From NCBI RefSeq assembly GCF_009914755.1, contig NC_060935.1: DNA of 64,000 bases; one strand, 5' to 3'. Shown one piece after another: positions 33,592-51,333 of this stretch. Below the pieces are notes generated by a model. The model ran no database searches and was not told the DNA's origin. It saw nothing but the letters and a program-made list of their open reading frames with translations. Source of the stretch: the human T2T-CHM13v2.0 reference genome, Homo sapiens. Position numbers and translations under genes: made by a program. The stretch's first letter is position 1, and each line of letters opens with the position of its first letter.

Positions 33592-35584
33592 ACAGGGCAG
33601 CCTCTAGCCCAGTGAAGCTCCCAACCTCCCTGCATGCAGAAAGGTCGAAAAGATCTGCTGGGCAGAATGAGTTATGGAAACTACTGCTATGTTGGGGGAC
33701 ACATCAGAGGGCCAGGAGAGTTGGGAGACCTGGTTCCGGGCAGAAGGCTGTGGCTGCTGCAGGAATCGGGGCAAGAGATGAGGGTGCCTAAACTGAGCAG
33801 GTGGCTGCAGTGATGGAGGCAGGTCTGGGAACTGGTGCTCTCTATGAGGTGCTTTAGGAGGAAGAGAGTGAAAGCTGGGCAGACTGAGAGGGGTGCTCAG
33901 AAAACATATTGGTAGGCTTGAGATTTCCAGTGTAGCTAGTTTACAGATTCTGGGCAGGCAAGAGGACATTTCCATAGAAAAGGTTGGCTAGACAGAAGAG
34001 AGATGGATGGTGTTGGAGTGAGGAGATTGAAAAATGGAAAGGTTTTGCACAAATGGGCCACACAATAGACCAGACGCATAGGGAGGATGGCTAGGCTGAG
34101 GAAGGTTAGAGGTGGTACAACCAGAGGACAGGGACCTCAGTAAGGCAGAGCAGTCATGGTTGGCAATGATAATGGAGGGCATCAGGAGAGGCTAGTACTC
34201 CTCCCAGACCCTGATGGTGAGAAGTGCCAGCATGAGCACTTTACCCACCCTTTCCTTTCCCACATGGCATGGCTTTTAGGTCTTTGTGCCTTTGCACCCG
34301 TCATTCTTTGTGGCCTGAAGTCTCGTCCCTCCTTTGACTGCACATCATATTTCATCCCATCTAAAACACCATCAATTTCAGTACGGTAATTATCTTTCAG
34401 GACCTACCTCAGATGTCTCTTCCAGTGGTAAGCCTTTCTTAACACTTTCAGGCAAAAGTAAACATTGTACCGTGCTCCGTGCTGTAGGTTTGGAGTCAGA
34501 CCACCTCAGTGGTAATCTGGACTCAGCCATCACCAGCTCTGTGACTCTACGCCAGTCACCTGAGCAATCTGTGCCCCAATTTCCTCATTTGAAAGATGTG
34601 GGTATGAGTAACAAATACTTCAGTAGTGTTGCTGTGAATATTAAGAGAGATATTTGTAACTTATTGCCTGGCACACAGACATTGCTCAACAAATACTACT
34701 TTTCTTTTTCCCCTGTGCACATCTCAGCCATACACTCACCATTTATATGATAACCATTTGTTTACAGTGTGGAGACTTTGCCTCCCTTTCCATCTGCACT
34801 TAGGGCCTGCCATAATGCCTGGCTGGAATGGGGGCTCCAGCACATGCTGGTGAAGTGAGTTAAGCTTTGTTGAGAGGCCAGGAGTCCATCCAGAAGTGAA
34901 TCTGAGCTGCAGAGGGATTGAGTACCCAGCAAACTGAGATCAAATTAGTCCTTATTTTCTGAAGGGGTGCTGGAAACACAAGAAATCTTTGGGGTAGAAA
35001 TGGGACCACAGAGAGGAATTACAGGGGAACTCTGAGCTTTTACATAGAGAGATTTTGAATTTGGATCAAGTCTAATGAAAATAGGATAGCCAGGTAGACA
35101 GTCCAGCGGAGGAAAGATGCTACTCTCCATCTGGAGCCAAATGGTTGGTGTTCAGATTCAGGAAGACTGAGAACCCCAGGTGAGGAAGCCAGATCCCACC
35201 AACTCCGGTTAACATCAGCTGTAGGGACAGGAGTACATATGTGACTGCAAAAGATTGACTTCCAAGAGATACAAATTCAAAAACCTCTTCTTGGGTGAGA
35301 AAGACAAGTGTGGAGGCCACAATGGCCAGGGGAGCTGCAGGCCCCAGATAGGGGAGGCCTTTCTCACTGAGTCACCGGTGACTGGGAGCCCAGGTCTGGA
35401 AAGTGGCCATGGAAAGATGAAGGACTCATCAGGCCTGAGAGCTCAGTCAACTTGAGGTGACCTTAAATTGAAGAACCAAAAGCAAGTGTCCTCACAGCTT
35501 CTCTCTCCCCTGTATTTCTGAGTACTTCATGAATCCTGAAAAGGCAAGGGTCTAACTAGGTCTAGTGAGCCCCTAGAGCCCACC

Positions 35585-35890
35585 TTTTTGGGTTTGTTTT
35601 TGTTTTTTGAGACAGCATCTTGCTCTGTCGCCAAGGCTGGAGTGCAGTGGTGTGATCATAGTTCACTGCAGCCTTGAACTCCCAGACTCAAGTGATCCTC
35701 CCACCTCAGCCTCCTGAGTAGCTGGGGCCACAGGTAGACATGACCATACCCAGCTAATTTTTAATTTTTTTGTAGTGACAAGGTCTCGCCATGTTGCCCA
35801 TGCTGGTCTCAAACTCCCAGGCTCAAGCGACCCTCCCACCTCGGCCTCCCAAAGTGCTAGGATTACATGCATGAGCCACCGTGCCTGGCC
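35585..35890 (-). mobile_element. AluJ
   Basis: J diagnostics, followed by a (TTG)n/(TTTG)n tract. Confidence 0.88.
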
Positions 35891-36027
35891 CCTGTTGTTG
35901 TTGTTTTTTGTTGTTGTTGTTGTTTGTTTGTTTGTTTTACCTTAAGATGAAGCTCTAAAAGTTTGGGAGGCCCGTGTCTTGAGAATTCCCATGCAGAATC
36001 CTTTCCTTCTCTCCTTCCCATCTGCAG

Positions 36028-36104
36028 GAATGAGAGCAGGCCCCATGTTCCTTCTGCAGCTGCCAGATCTCCTCATCCTGCTGCTTCTCCTTGCTGAGCT
36101 GTGA
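36028..36104 (+). pseudogene. ART2BP: ART2/RT6 pseudogene, GPI-anchor signal exon (coding part)
   Basis: Strong polypyrimidine tract and ctgcag acceptor ending at 36027. The phase-1 join to 32166 gives G-MRAGPMFLLQLPDLLILLLLLAEL* (TGA 36102-36104), matching the hydrophobic rodent ART2 tail ending LAEP*. Confidence 0.88.
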
Positions 36105-36358
36105 CTGCCCCGCCTGGTGCCTGGTTCTGCATGGAGTTTGTGGAGCAGGGGTGTGGGAGGGAGGCAAAGAGGCGGGGCCTTGATTGGCTCTCTGGCACTG
36201 GCAGTATTAGAAAGGGTAGGATAGTTTTTGTGGTCTACATTAGTGCTCACAGTACCCACAGACAAATGAGGAAACTAGTGAGTCTGGCTGCAAAAGTGAG
36301 CACTTTCTTAAAATTCACTACCTAAGATAACACCCTGGTCTCCTAACACTTCGCTATG

Positions 36359-36445
36359 ATTAAAAAGCAATACTTCCATGCACTGTCAGCAGTAACAGTC
36401 TTAAAAATGCAATTTAATTGTGATGTTATAATCTAAAGAAATAAA
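36359..36445 (+). terminator. candidate polyadenylation signals of the ART2 pseudogene
   Basis: ATTAAA at 36359-36364 and AATAAA at 36440-36445, 250-340 nt after the stop codon. Supported by position only. Confidence 0.3.
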
Positions 36446-37157
36446 CCATTTATAATCATGCCTTGCTTTTCTGTGACTAGATATTTCTATAGGTTGTATT
36501 ATTTGCTCAAGAAATTGTCCTAAAACATTAGACTTGATGCTGGCATTTTCACAGTTGAGAAGGCTCATGTTGTACATTTCTCTTAGGTTTCCTTGCAAGA
36601 CTGGTTGATTGAGCCAGAAATACAAGGGCTGTCCTAGAAAAATCTCTCCTCCTTTACTACTCCACCAAAAATTCAGGCAGCTACCAAGCCCTGTCAATTA
36701 ATTTTAATAATAGCTCCCAAATCTAGTCCTTGCCTCTGCCTACTCTGATTGTCTCTGAGGAAATGAACAGGCACGTTCTGATGTCTGGATAGAGCAGGGA
36801 AGGCTACGTGCTATACTTGCCAAGGGTGGGTTTGGCTAAGATGCACAGAACTTCACACACTCCTTATCCTCCACTCTCCATGCCTGAAGACTACACTGCC
36901 CTTGGCTTAGCAGCTATTGAGACAAATTACAAAGAAATGGTAAGTAGCACCAAATAGTAGGATGGTGCAATAATAGACAAAAACACCATCAGAGAGAATA
37001 GAGTCAAGAAAAAGACCCATGTAAACACAGGCCTTAGGTCTATGGCAGGAGGGCCTCACAAACTACAGGGGAAAGGACGAGTCACTGAATGGTTGGGACC
37101 CCTGTCTGTTAATATGAAAAAAGAAAAAGAAATTGAATTGGATTCCTGCTTTGCACC

Positions 37158-37905
<748 letters not shown>

Positions 37906-37959
37906 CGTCATACATAAAAGTAATCCCAAAGAAATTAAAGATGTAAATGTAGAAAATAA

Positions 37960-38291
<332 letters not shown>

Positions 38292-38315
38292 TCTAAAACT
38301 ATTATTAAAAATGTA

Positions 38316-38611
38316 GGCCAGGTGTGGTGGCTCATGCCTGTAATCCCAGCACTTTGGGAGGCCAAGGTGGGTGGATCACAAGGTCAGGAGTTCGAGACCA
38401 TCCTGGCCAACATGGTGAAATCCCGTCTCTACTAAAAATACAAAAGTTAGCCACGCATGGTGGCTGGCACCTGTAGTCCCAGCTACTTGGGAGGCTGAGG
38501 CAGGAGAATCACTTGAACTGGGAGGCGGAGCTTGCAGTGAGCCGAGATTGCACGACTGCAGTCCAGCCTGGGCGACAGAGTGAAACTCCATCTCAAAAAA
38601 AAAAAAAAAAA
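38316..38611 (+). mobile_element. AluS (Sc/Sg-like)
   Basis: Full dimer, head-to-head with the previous Alu. Confidence 0.92.
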
Positions 38612-39355
38612 GTAGAAGAATATTTTTTAACATTAGGAATGGAAGATATTTTTTACCCGTCCAAAAAATGTATTTATTGTCCCTGCCTAATTCAGGCAAC
38701 AACATCACAGAACATCCTTTTACAATTACCAAGGCAGGAAATGAGAATGCAGGGAGTGGGTGGGTGGCCTGTCGGATTCCTGGATCTCACCACTTCTGCC
38801 CAGAAGCGACACCATCACTTTTGCTCACATTTCACTGATTCAAGAAAGCCACATGGCTACACCCAACTTCCAAAGGGGCTTTCCAGAGGCCTGGAAGGTA
38901 AAGAGAGGAGGAAGATTTGTAATATGCCCCATTGATTGGGGAAGTCTTTCTTAAATAAGACCAAAAAGCACAAACAAATAAAGAAAAATAAATAAATAAA
39001 TTTGACATATAATAATAACACAAATACCTAAAATGTATTGGGTGATTGCTGTATATCAGGCACTCATTGTTCTAAGCACTTTACGTGATTACTCATCTAA
39101 TCCTCATCATGACCCAATGAGGTAAGTTCTGTTATTTTCCAATTTTACAATTGAGGTACTGAGAGGTTATATGATTGACTGTCAAAGAATAGAATAGAGG
39201 TAAGAAACAAAGGAAGGGAACACACCAGGGAAAGACCAGGGATTCTTAAGTATTAGTAGGAGTTGTACTAATTAAGCAGTAAAAAATGGCATTCCAGATA
39301 GGATAGATTGAGTTCATAAGTCTGCATATAATTGGCTAAAAGAAATCCTATTGTT

Positions 39356-39655
<300 letters not shown>

Positions 39656-40001
39656 ATCCTATTGTTTCTTGTTCAGGAAAGAGTCCTCGTTTACCATCTG
39701 GCATGCAAGAGTCATTAAAAGTTCATGATTATTTATCAACTTCAACAGGGAAAACCCACTTGTAATGAGATAAAACATGCAGTTTTTATATCTCCTAGGC
39801 AAGTGCTTCTGTAAGTCAAAAATTTTCCTTTTACACAGCAAGTAAATTAAGTCAGAATCAAACATTTAAACTTCTGAGTGTCAGAAGACACCACAAACAA
39901 GCTTACAATGCAGAAGTAGATTGGGAAAGAATCTTTCCAAGATGTTTAACATGTAGAGAATATCTACAAATACATTAAAAAAAGAAAAGAAAAAAACAAT
40001 A

Positions 40002-40344
<343 letters not shown>

Positions 40345-41382
40345 TTAAATGCTCATTTTATGCAAATTGCCATGGAAATGTAAATGGAAACAATAACATA
40401 TTATTTCACCTGTAAGATTGGCCACTAGACCTTATTAAGTTTCTGCTATTTAAGCAACATTTTATCCTAGCTTTGAATCTGCATGAGATTCTGTACCCCT
40501 TGTTCCTATATTTTCATTACATTATTTGTTTAATATCCAGGTGAGAAAGGTTTTGATGCATCCTTTAAGGTTGCAACTTAGGTAACATATTATAAGCGAT
40601 ACTGTGACATAAACTATTATTGCCAGACCATGCAATATTTTGTACAATTTTTATTCAATTCAAGAAGGCACAAGATTCCAGAGTATGTGAGGGCTCTTTC
40701 CTTTGGTGTTTATTTTTCTTCTGTCTCCAAACATCTACAACCCTTCCATTTTCACTTTCCATCTTGTCCTTGTGAGCTTCATCAAACATCTCTTTTTGCT
40801 CCTCTACTTCTCCCTTTCCACAATTTGACAGCACTTCTCTAAGTTTCTTCTCTTTCAAGTCATCACACACATACCCAACAGACATCAACTTGTAGAAGAG
40901 ATCAGCGGCATGCTTAGCCTCGGGCCTCCTTAGGACATCCACCTCAGGTGGGAATGAGCAAACTGGGCTTCAGAGTCTCTCCTCGTGGTTGAAGGACTTG
41001 TTTCTCCTCAGTCCAGTCAATAAATGATGACTGGAATTAAACAATGGCTGAAAATAACAGAGCGTGATCTCTAAAGACCAGGTCCTTGGTTTAGGCTTCT
41101 TCCATTCTCCTGGGCATCAGGTGTCTTGACCACTTCGGCTCTACCCAAAGTCTCTAGCCTTTCTAGTAGTTTCCACTATAATTGTGCAACATCAAGATTC
41201 TGGGAAGGTTTCAAGAATTTTCAGGCGAAACATTTCAGCTGATTGGAAAGCCAGAAAGTTTTTAGAGATTATGTGCTGGAAGCTTAAAGGGCAAAAGAGA
41301 AATAAAAGGAAATCAAGGTGGCAAAGTTAAAGAATAGCCATAGTTTAGCAGTTGGAGGCTGTTCTATGAAATAGAGTTGTGA

Positions 41383-44147
<2,765 letters not shown>

Positions 44148-44213
44148 ATGATCGTCTATGATCAGAATCATTTACAGATTTAAAAATATATTGTTAACAT
44201 TAAACACTGATAG

Positions 44214-44624
<411 letters not shown>

Positions 44625-46042
44625 TCACCAATACAATAACCAATTTATAGAATACTTGTTCTTTTAAATAATTCAACTAGTTGAATACTCACATTTACAT
44701 TGACATACTCTTAAATATTAGTGCAAGTAATGATAATCAGGAAATTTGGAAAGTTTACTTCATTTGGCTTTTGCAGGGATTAAAAAACTAATTTCAAAGT
44801 CTTTCAGGAACTGAAATCCAAAATTTGCATTTTTGTTTCTCACTGTGGTAAAATCAGGGAGAAGACCTACAGTCATCTTTAAACTAAAATTCACAATACA
44901 ATTTATTTTATCAAAGGATTTGCCTTCACAGATAATATCAAGGGCACAGGCATTAGCATTTAATTTCCTTGTATTTATTTACTTTTCTACTTTGTATATT
45001 ATTTGAGAGCTTTGCCTGTAAAATCCCTAACTGATAAAGGCACATTGTTGCAAGATACCTGGAGGACAGATAAGGAGAACTCCTGATAAAGGATGTACAC
45101 AGGCCAGATTAGATGGCTTTTACTTCCTTGTTTTCCCTTTCCTCCCAAACCACAAATCACAGCAAACTCCAAAACAGCAGCTAATTTCAAAGCTAATTTG
45201 CTCCCCTCAGCTGCACTCTTGCCATGAGGGCTTCTGTTATGCGTTTTAAAAATGAATTGCTAAGCTGAGAAGGATCACACAAGATACACATTCATACACA
45301 GAACACGTTCATCCTCCTGAATACAAGGATTCTCAGGGACCCATGCAGATTTAGGATTCTGGCAAGATTCTTGGTCAAACAAAACCAATATCCAGAAGTA
45401 ATCCCTGAGAGTGAGGGTGAGAGTTACCTGAGCAGAATCAGTAGTCAGTGACATTGGGTCCATACCAGAGAGCTGGGCTGTGAAAGTCCTTCACTCCAGG
45501 AAGGCACACCCTTGGCCTGAGCCGCAGGGAAAGCTAAGCTAGTTAAAATACCAGATACTGACTCAGCAGAAACCAACATTTTTCTCTTAGGATTAAAACA
45601 ACTAAATTGTGCCTGGTATTTCCCTCAAAAATGATCAAGTGAGAACTATTTGAGTACACTGACTGAAGTGGTTGTGTGCAGGAGAGGGTAGTAGGGTTCC
45701 CATCCACAGAGCAGATTTGTGTACAGGTTAGAAAATGCTCTGGTGTTCTTTTGAATCAGCAGAGTGAAGACTCCAGCTCTAGGATGGATCAGCAACTGGA
45801 GTTTGCTCCATTAGCATTTAGTAGTCTGCGGTAGGCAAGTGCAGCCACCAGGGGCCCGGGTGCACATTTAACCCTGGCCTTTCTGAAACCCAGAGCACCC
45901 AAGTCTCTTCAGGTGGATCTGGAACTGTTTTCACCAAGCCAGTATATTGTTTTCATTGACTTGTGAAAGCGGTGGGTCATCAAGATAAAATAAAGAGAAA
46001 ACACCCTTAAAGAAACTAAGAAGTTGAAAAACAATGTCAGTA

Positions 46043-46332
<290 letters not shown>

Positions 46333-46497
46333 AAAGGAAGGAAGGAAGGGAGGAAGGGAGAGAGGGAAGGAGGGAGGGAAGGAGGGATGGAGGGAGGGAG
46401 GAAGGGGAGGGGAGGGGTGGGAAGGGAAGGAGGGTGGAAGGGAGGAAGGGAGGGAAGGAGGGAGGAATGTTGGAAAAAAGGAAGGAAGGAAGGAGAA
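46333..46497 (+). repeat. (GGAA)n/(GGGA)n polypurine low-complexity tract
   Basis: About 165 nt of almost pure purine sequence. Confidence 0.9.
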
Positions 46498-46842
46498 AAA
46501 TAAAGAGAATGTCTGTTATATGTGCACACATTGTCATTTACCCATCAGTCTCCATATTACTTTAGAAAAATGGAACTCTAGAGAAAAAATGAGGTATGTA
46601 GGGGTTCCCAACCAGAGAATTCAAATGAAGACTATGCTGGATCTCTGTCTTCAGTCATTTATAAGCTGGATGGGGCTGTCATGTCCCTGAGCCACAGAAG
46701 GCAGTTGCACAATCCACAGACTGCAAGGAGGCACTGGGCCAAGGCCACATGCTGGCCACCTGACGAATGGCTCAAGGGCTTCCTTGTATTTATTTTATAG
46801 AGTAATAAGACTCTCTAAGTATTGATTAGAAGTCTTAGGACT

Positions 46843-47148
46843 GGGCTGGGCACGGTGGCTCACGCGTGTAATCCCAGCACTTTGGGAGGCTGAGGCGGGT
46901 GGATCACGAGGTCAGGAGATCGAGACCATCCTGGCTAACATGGTGAAACCCCATCTCTACTAAAAGTACAAAAAATTAGCTGGGCGTAGTGGCGGGCACC
47001 TGTAGTCCCAGCTACTCGGGAGGCTGAGGCAGGAGAATGGCGTGAACCTGGGAGGCGGAGCTTGGAGCTTGCAGAGAGATTGCGCCACTGCACTCCAGTC
47101 TGGGCGACAGAGCAAGACTCCGTCTCAAAAAAGAAAAAGAAAAAAAAA
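46843..47148 (+). mobile_element. AluY
   Basis: TSD aagtcttaggac. Confidence 0.93.
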
Positions 47149-48371
47149 GTCTTAGGACAGAAGGGTTTCTTAAAGTGTTTATGACTACCAATTTTTGGCC
47201 TGATGTGAATTTGCATATTAGTGGGCCTGATCTGCATACTTATTTTGTAACTCAGCAGGAAGCTTGAAGCCATTGAACCAAAGTTAGAGTTTACTGTTTT
47301 CCTATCCAAAAACATTTTGAAGAAAGGGCTTAGATTTGAAAACAGGAATAGTGTTTAAATTTGTATTAACAACCTAGTGTATTTTCCAAGGTAATTTTCA
47401 CGTATTTCATTTTATTCTTATAGGAATATAAAACTCACCTCTTACATAGAGTTTTTAATACTCAGTTGAGTACTTTATTTTGTTTTCACTCGGAAGTCAT
47501 TTTTTCTAAGTAGAATGTTAAAAGATTCATCCTTTTGAAGACTAATTTCTTTAGTCTATTTAAATGTATTAGCATAAATTACAGAGTGCAAGTTACAGCT
47601 CAAGTCTCTTTGCAAACATGGTGTTCTGCGGTTTGGAAGGTTTTCTATTATTTTTCTGTCAGCCTGGAGGGCTTTTCATAAAGGGCTGGCACATTTAAAG
47701 TATTGGAGGTGAGGCTTAATTTCTTAATTTTTCCCCCGGGAGACATTGAATCCCTTTATCTTAGATTTATATAAGCTCTCAGTGGTCTATTGAAGCCAGT
47801 ATGAATAGGAAATCCACTAGAGATACATTTTAGCTATATTTCCTATAAACCTACAGAGGAGGCCTAATTATTTAATAATTCAAAGTATCTTTGATATCAA
47901 GCTCATTTCTTTGTCATCCATGGTGTGTCCAGACCAATCCTCCAGAAACAAGCAAGCTGAAAAATCTGTTGGGGTTCAGAATTCCCTTAGACTCCCCACT
48001 CTCAATCCCTCAATTCCTATCAATGCAAACCCAACACAGCTGGGCTTTTGCATGGGGGAGCAAATCTCTCAAACAACAGAATACATTATTAAATTATTGG
48101 ACAATCTGAAGATTGAGCAGTAGCATTTTTCTCCCAAAGAAAAGAAAGAAGAAACCATTCAGAAAAACACAAAGCCACCTGAGCTTCCCTGAATGTCATA
48201 CACATATTTATCTTCTAAGGACATGAATTCCTTGTTTCTGGTGCAAAACAACCTTGTCTAGTTCAGAGTTTTGCCTCTTGGAACCTCTAGGGTAACTTCA
48301 CTTAGCTGGAACTTAATTCCAACAGAAAGAAAGCACTCTACCTTCCAATCAGATAAAATTCTATTTTAAAG

Positions 48372-48697
48372 TTTTATTTATTTATTTTGAGACAAGGTCT
48401 GTCACCCAGGCTAGAGTGCTGTGGCTCAATCATAGCTCACTGCAACCTCCAACTCTTGGGCTCAAGCAGTCCTCCTGGCTCAGCCTCTAAGTAGCTGAAA
48501 CTACAGGTGTGCACTACCGCACCTGGCTAATTATTTTTTCTTTCTTCTTCTCTGTCTTTTTTTTTTTTTTTTTTTTCAGTAGAGATGAGGTCTCCCTGTG
48601 TCATCAAGGCTGGTCTCAAGCTCCTGGCCTCAAAAGACCCTCCCGCCTTGGGCTCCCAAAGCGCTGGAATTGCAGGTGTGAGCCACTGTGCCTGGCC
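48372..48697 (-). mobile_element. AluJ with expanded middle T-tract
   Basis: TSD-like cagataaaattc. Confidence 0.88.
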
Positions 48698-49025
48698 CAG
48701 ATAAAATTCCAACCCAGAATTGGAATTTTACAAATCCAACCTAGAAGCATTCATTCCAAGAGTCAGGGGCACAAGAGCTCTTCCAATCTGCTCAGCTGGC
48801 AGGTTCACAGATTGGACTCTACCTGTATTCTGTGGATTCATACCTAAGAATACCTGGGAAAATCCACAAGACAATTTCTATCCACAAGAGAAAACAGAAA
48901 CTGCAGTTTTTGCTTCCTGACGCTATGTAGATGTTCTTGGCCCACTGCTCCCTAGTGCTTCTGTTTCATGAGCTAGTTAGAAACAAATCGAGACAGGCAC
49001 GTGCTCAGTCAAGACCCAAATGCAT

Positions 49026-49636
49026 TGTCATTGCCTGAGTTCCCTTCCAAAAACAGAGCCTGAGACAAGGAGTTGCTTGAAGAGGGTTTATTTGGGAGGT
49101 GACTTCAGGGTGCAAGGGTGAGGAACTGGTAGGGTGACCAGCTGTCCCTGTTTTCTGTAGACTGCAGGGTTTCCTAATATGTGAGATTTTCCATGCTAAA
49201 ATCAGAGAAGTCACAAGCAAACTGGGATGAGTTGGTCACTACAGGAAATGGGAAGCTAGACCCAGAGAAGGAGGGAAAGCCAGTTCACGGCGGGCCTAAT
49301 GAGTTGGTTTGATCCCATCGGACACCCAAAAATTGTCTGCCAGAAGGATGGAAGTGGGCAGCGTTTATCCACTGGTTCCCATCTCCTCTTAGCAAATGTT
49401 GTCCCTTGTTAATTCCTCCCACACTCAGGGCTCATATCCATGAGTGCCTGTGAGTTCCCACAGGCATTTCCCACTGAGGCTTCAGAGAAATGCTGGGCAG
49501 AAGTGAAAGAAACACACTGCAGCTGAGGCATGATGCTGTTGGGTTACGCCTACATAAATCTGGTGGCTGCAGCAATGGCTAGGTTCAAAACTGGACTGAC
49601 AAGGTGTGAGGTGATGCACAAGAAGCATCCAGTACA
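49026..49636 (-). mobile_element. ERVL-type LTR (LTR16/LTR33-like) carrying a MER81
   Basis: cagagcctgagacaagg...gtttatttgggaggtga is typical of ERVL LTR U5/R read on the reverse strand. Ends ...ccagtaca. Confidence 0.55.
49130..49243. mobile_element. MER81 (hAT-Blackjack MITE)
   Basis: 114 bp with ends tagggtgacca...ttggtcactaca. 8-bp TSD ggaactgg / ggaaatgg. Confidence 0.8.
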
Positions 49637-50881
49637 TGAGGGTGAGTTTTGCTTCCCTCTGCTTGCCTCATACTTGAGTTCAGCATGAGTTAACCAAGCT
49701 CTGCTCTTAACTTCCCATTAGTTTATCAATTTAAATGAAACAAAACTCTCAAACTCTTTGTTTAAACCAGAAATCCAGCAGAGTAGTTTTATTTCACCTT
49801 GTGTATATAGAAGAAGATGCATGCCAGTGGTCCCTTCCTGGCTAAAAAGAAAATTCATAGATATTTTTACTTCCCCCAACCCCACTGCAAAAAAAAAAAA
49901 AAAAAAAAAGGATCCCAATTTAAATGTCATCAGCAGTGCAAATTGTTATTAACTGAGACAACCAATCAAGATCACAGACTTTTTAGAAGTTAGGGCTTAC
50001 TGTCACCAGACATAGCAACAACCTCTGAAGCCCAGGTGTGTTGCAAAACTCCTTTTTGGAAATCATATTTGCAAGGATGATTTATATGTATTTTTTATTT
50101 CCCTAGTTCTTTTAAACGTTTTCTTATGGAAAATTTTAGAAATAAACAAAAGTAGAGAGACTAGTATAATGAATACTCCTGTACAATTAACAACTATCAA
50201 CTTTCAGCCATTCATTTTCCATTGCCCTCAGTAAAGAAGACATGCAGCCCCAAGAAACAGAAAACCTACTTATATGATCTGAAACAAATGAAAGCACTAT
50301 TAGTCTCAGATAATATCCCATCTAGAGATCTGCAGTTCTGGGCTAGTGTAAAATTGAATAATGCCTTCAAAAATTCGCTCCTCCTATTATTTTGTTCCTC
50401 CATGTTTAGAATGTGGTTGCAATATAGCTGCTAAGCCTCCAGAAATCACATCCTTCTTCCAGGAAGAAAGAATACAGAAGGATGAAAAAGACCAAATGAT
50501 GTGCCAACTGCCTCAAGTTTCCTTTGAAACTTTCCCTGAAGCTCCATCCAGCAACTTTGACTTACATCTCTTTAGCTAGGACAGGATCACATGGTCTCTC
50601 CTTGGTCCAAGGGAGTGTGGGAAGTGAGTAATTTTAGCTGGGGACATAGCTGCCCTGAATTAAATCAGGGTCCTGTTTGTCGGGAAGAATGGGCCTCTGC
50701 TCTTTTATCTCTGCTTTCCTCTCTGCTTTGAATGCCTTCCCCTCCCTTGCCCACTCAGGTTATTACTTTATTTAACAAGTTTTTTAACATTCATTCCCTG
50801 CCAGTCCCAAGGCCAGGTCCTGGGGCTCTAAAGGTAGTAGGGGCTCTAAAGAAGTAGTTTTTGCTCTTGAAGAGATCCTAT

Positions 50882-51333
50882 TGAAACCAACCCAATAATT
50901 CCATAGGATTTTTTTTTAATAAACATAAACATTGACCCTCCTGGTCTTAAAGTTTGAAACATATTTGCTTTATCTGAGTTCCTTCCTCAGGGAAAGACCT
51001 TAAGGGCTCTCAAAAAAAAAAAAAAAAGTATCAAAGAGAATTGAAACTCATCAGATCAGGCATCCAAGGCAGTAAGATAGATGCTTGACCCCTCAGATTG
51101 CTTCCCTGCCCCTTTCTAGTTCCTGTTTTCTTATGCATTGTTACATTTCTTCCCTGATACGTAAACCCCTAGTTTTAGCAGGTCAGGAAGATGGATTTGA
51201 GAGTGAGCTCCCATCTCCTAGGCTACAGTACCCAAGTAAAGCTTTCTTCCTTGGCAATACTCGCTGTCTCAGTCATTGGCTTTCTGTACAGTGAGCACAG
51301 GACCTAGACCAAACCCCTGGTGTTTTAGTAGCA
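50882..51333 (+). mobile_element. solo LTR (LTR47-like, tentative)
   Basis: tgaaaccaacccaata... to ...cccctggtgttttagtagca, with LTR-like layout. Confidence 0.55.

Noticed and set aside
40655-40942. 95-aa charged ORF (MDVLRRPEAK...) in non-repeat-looking DNA
   Set aside because: No motif or homologue I recognise, GTG start, and no TSD, poly(A) or splice context. A tBLASTn search would settle it.
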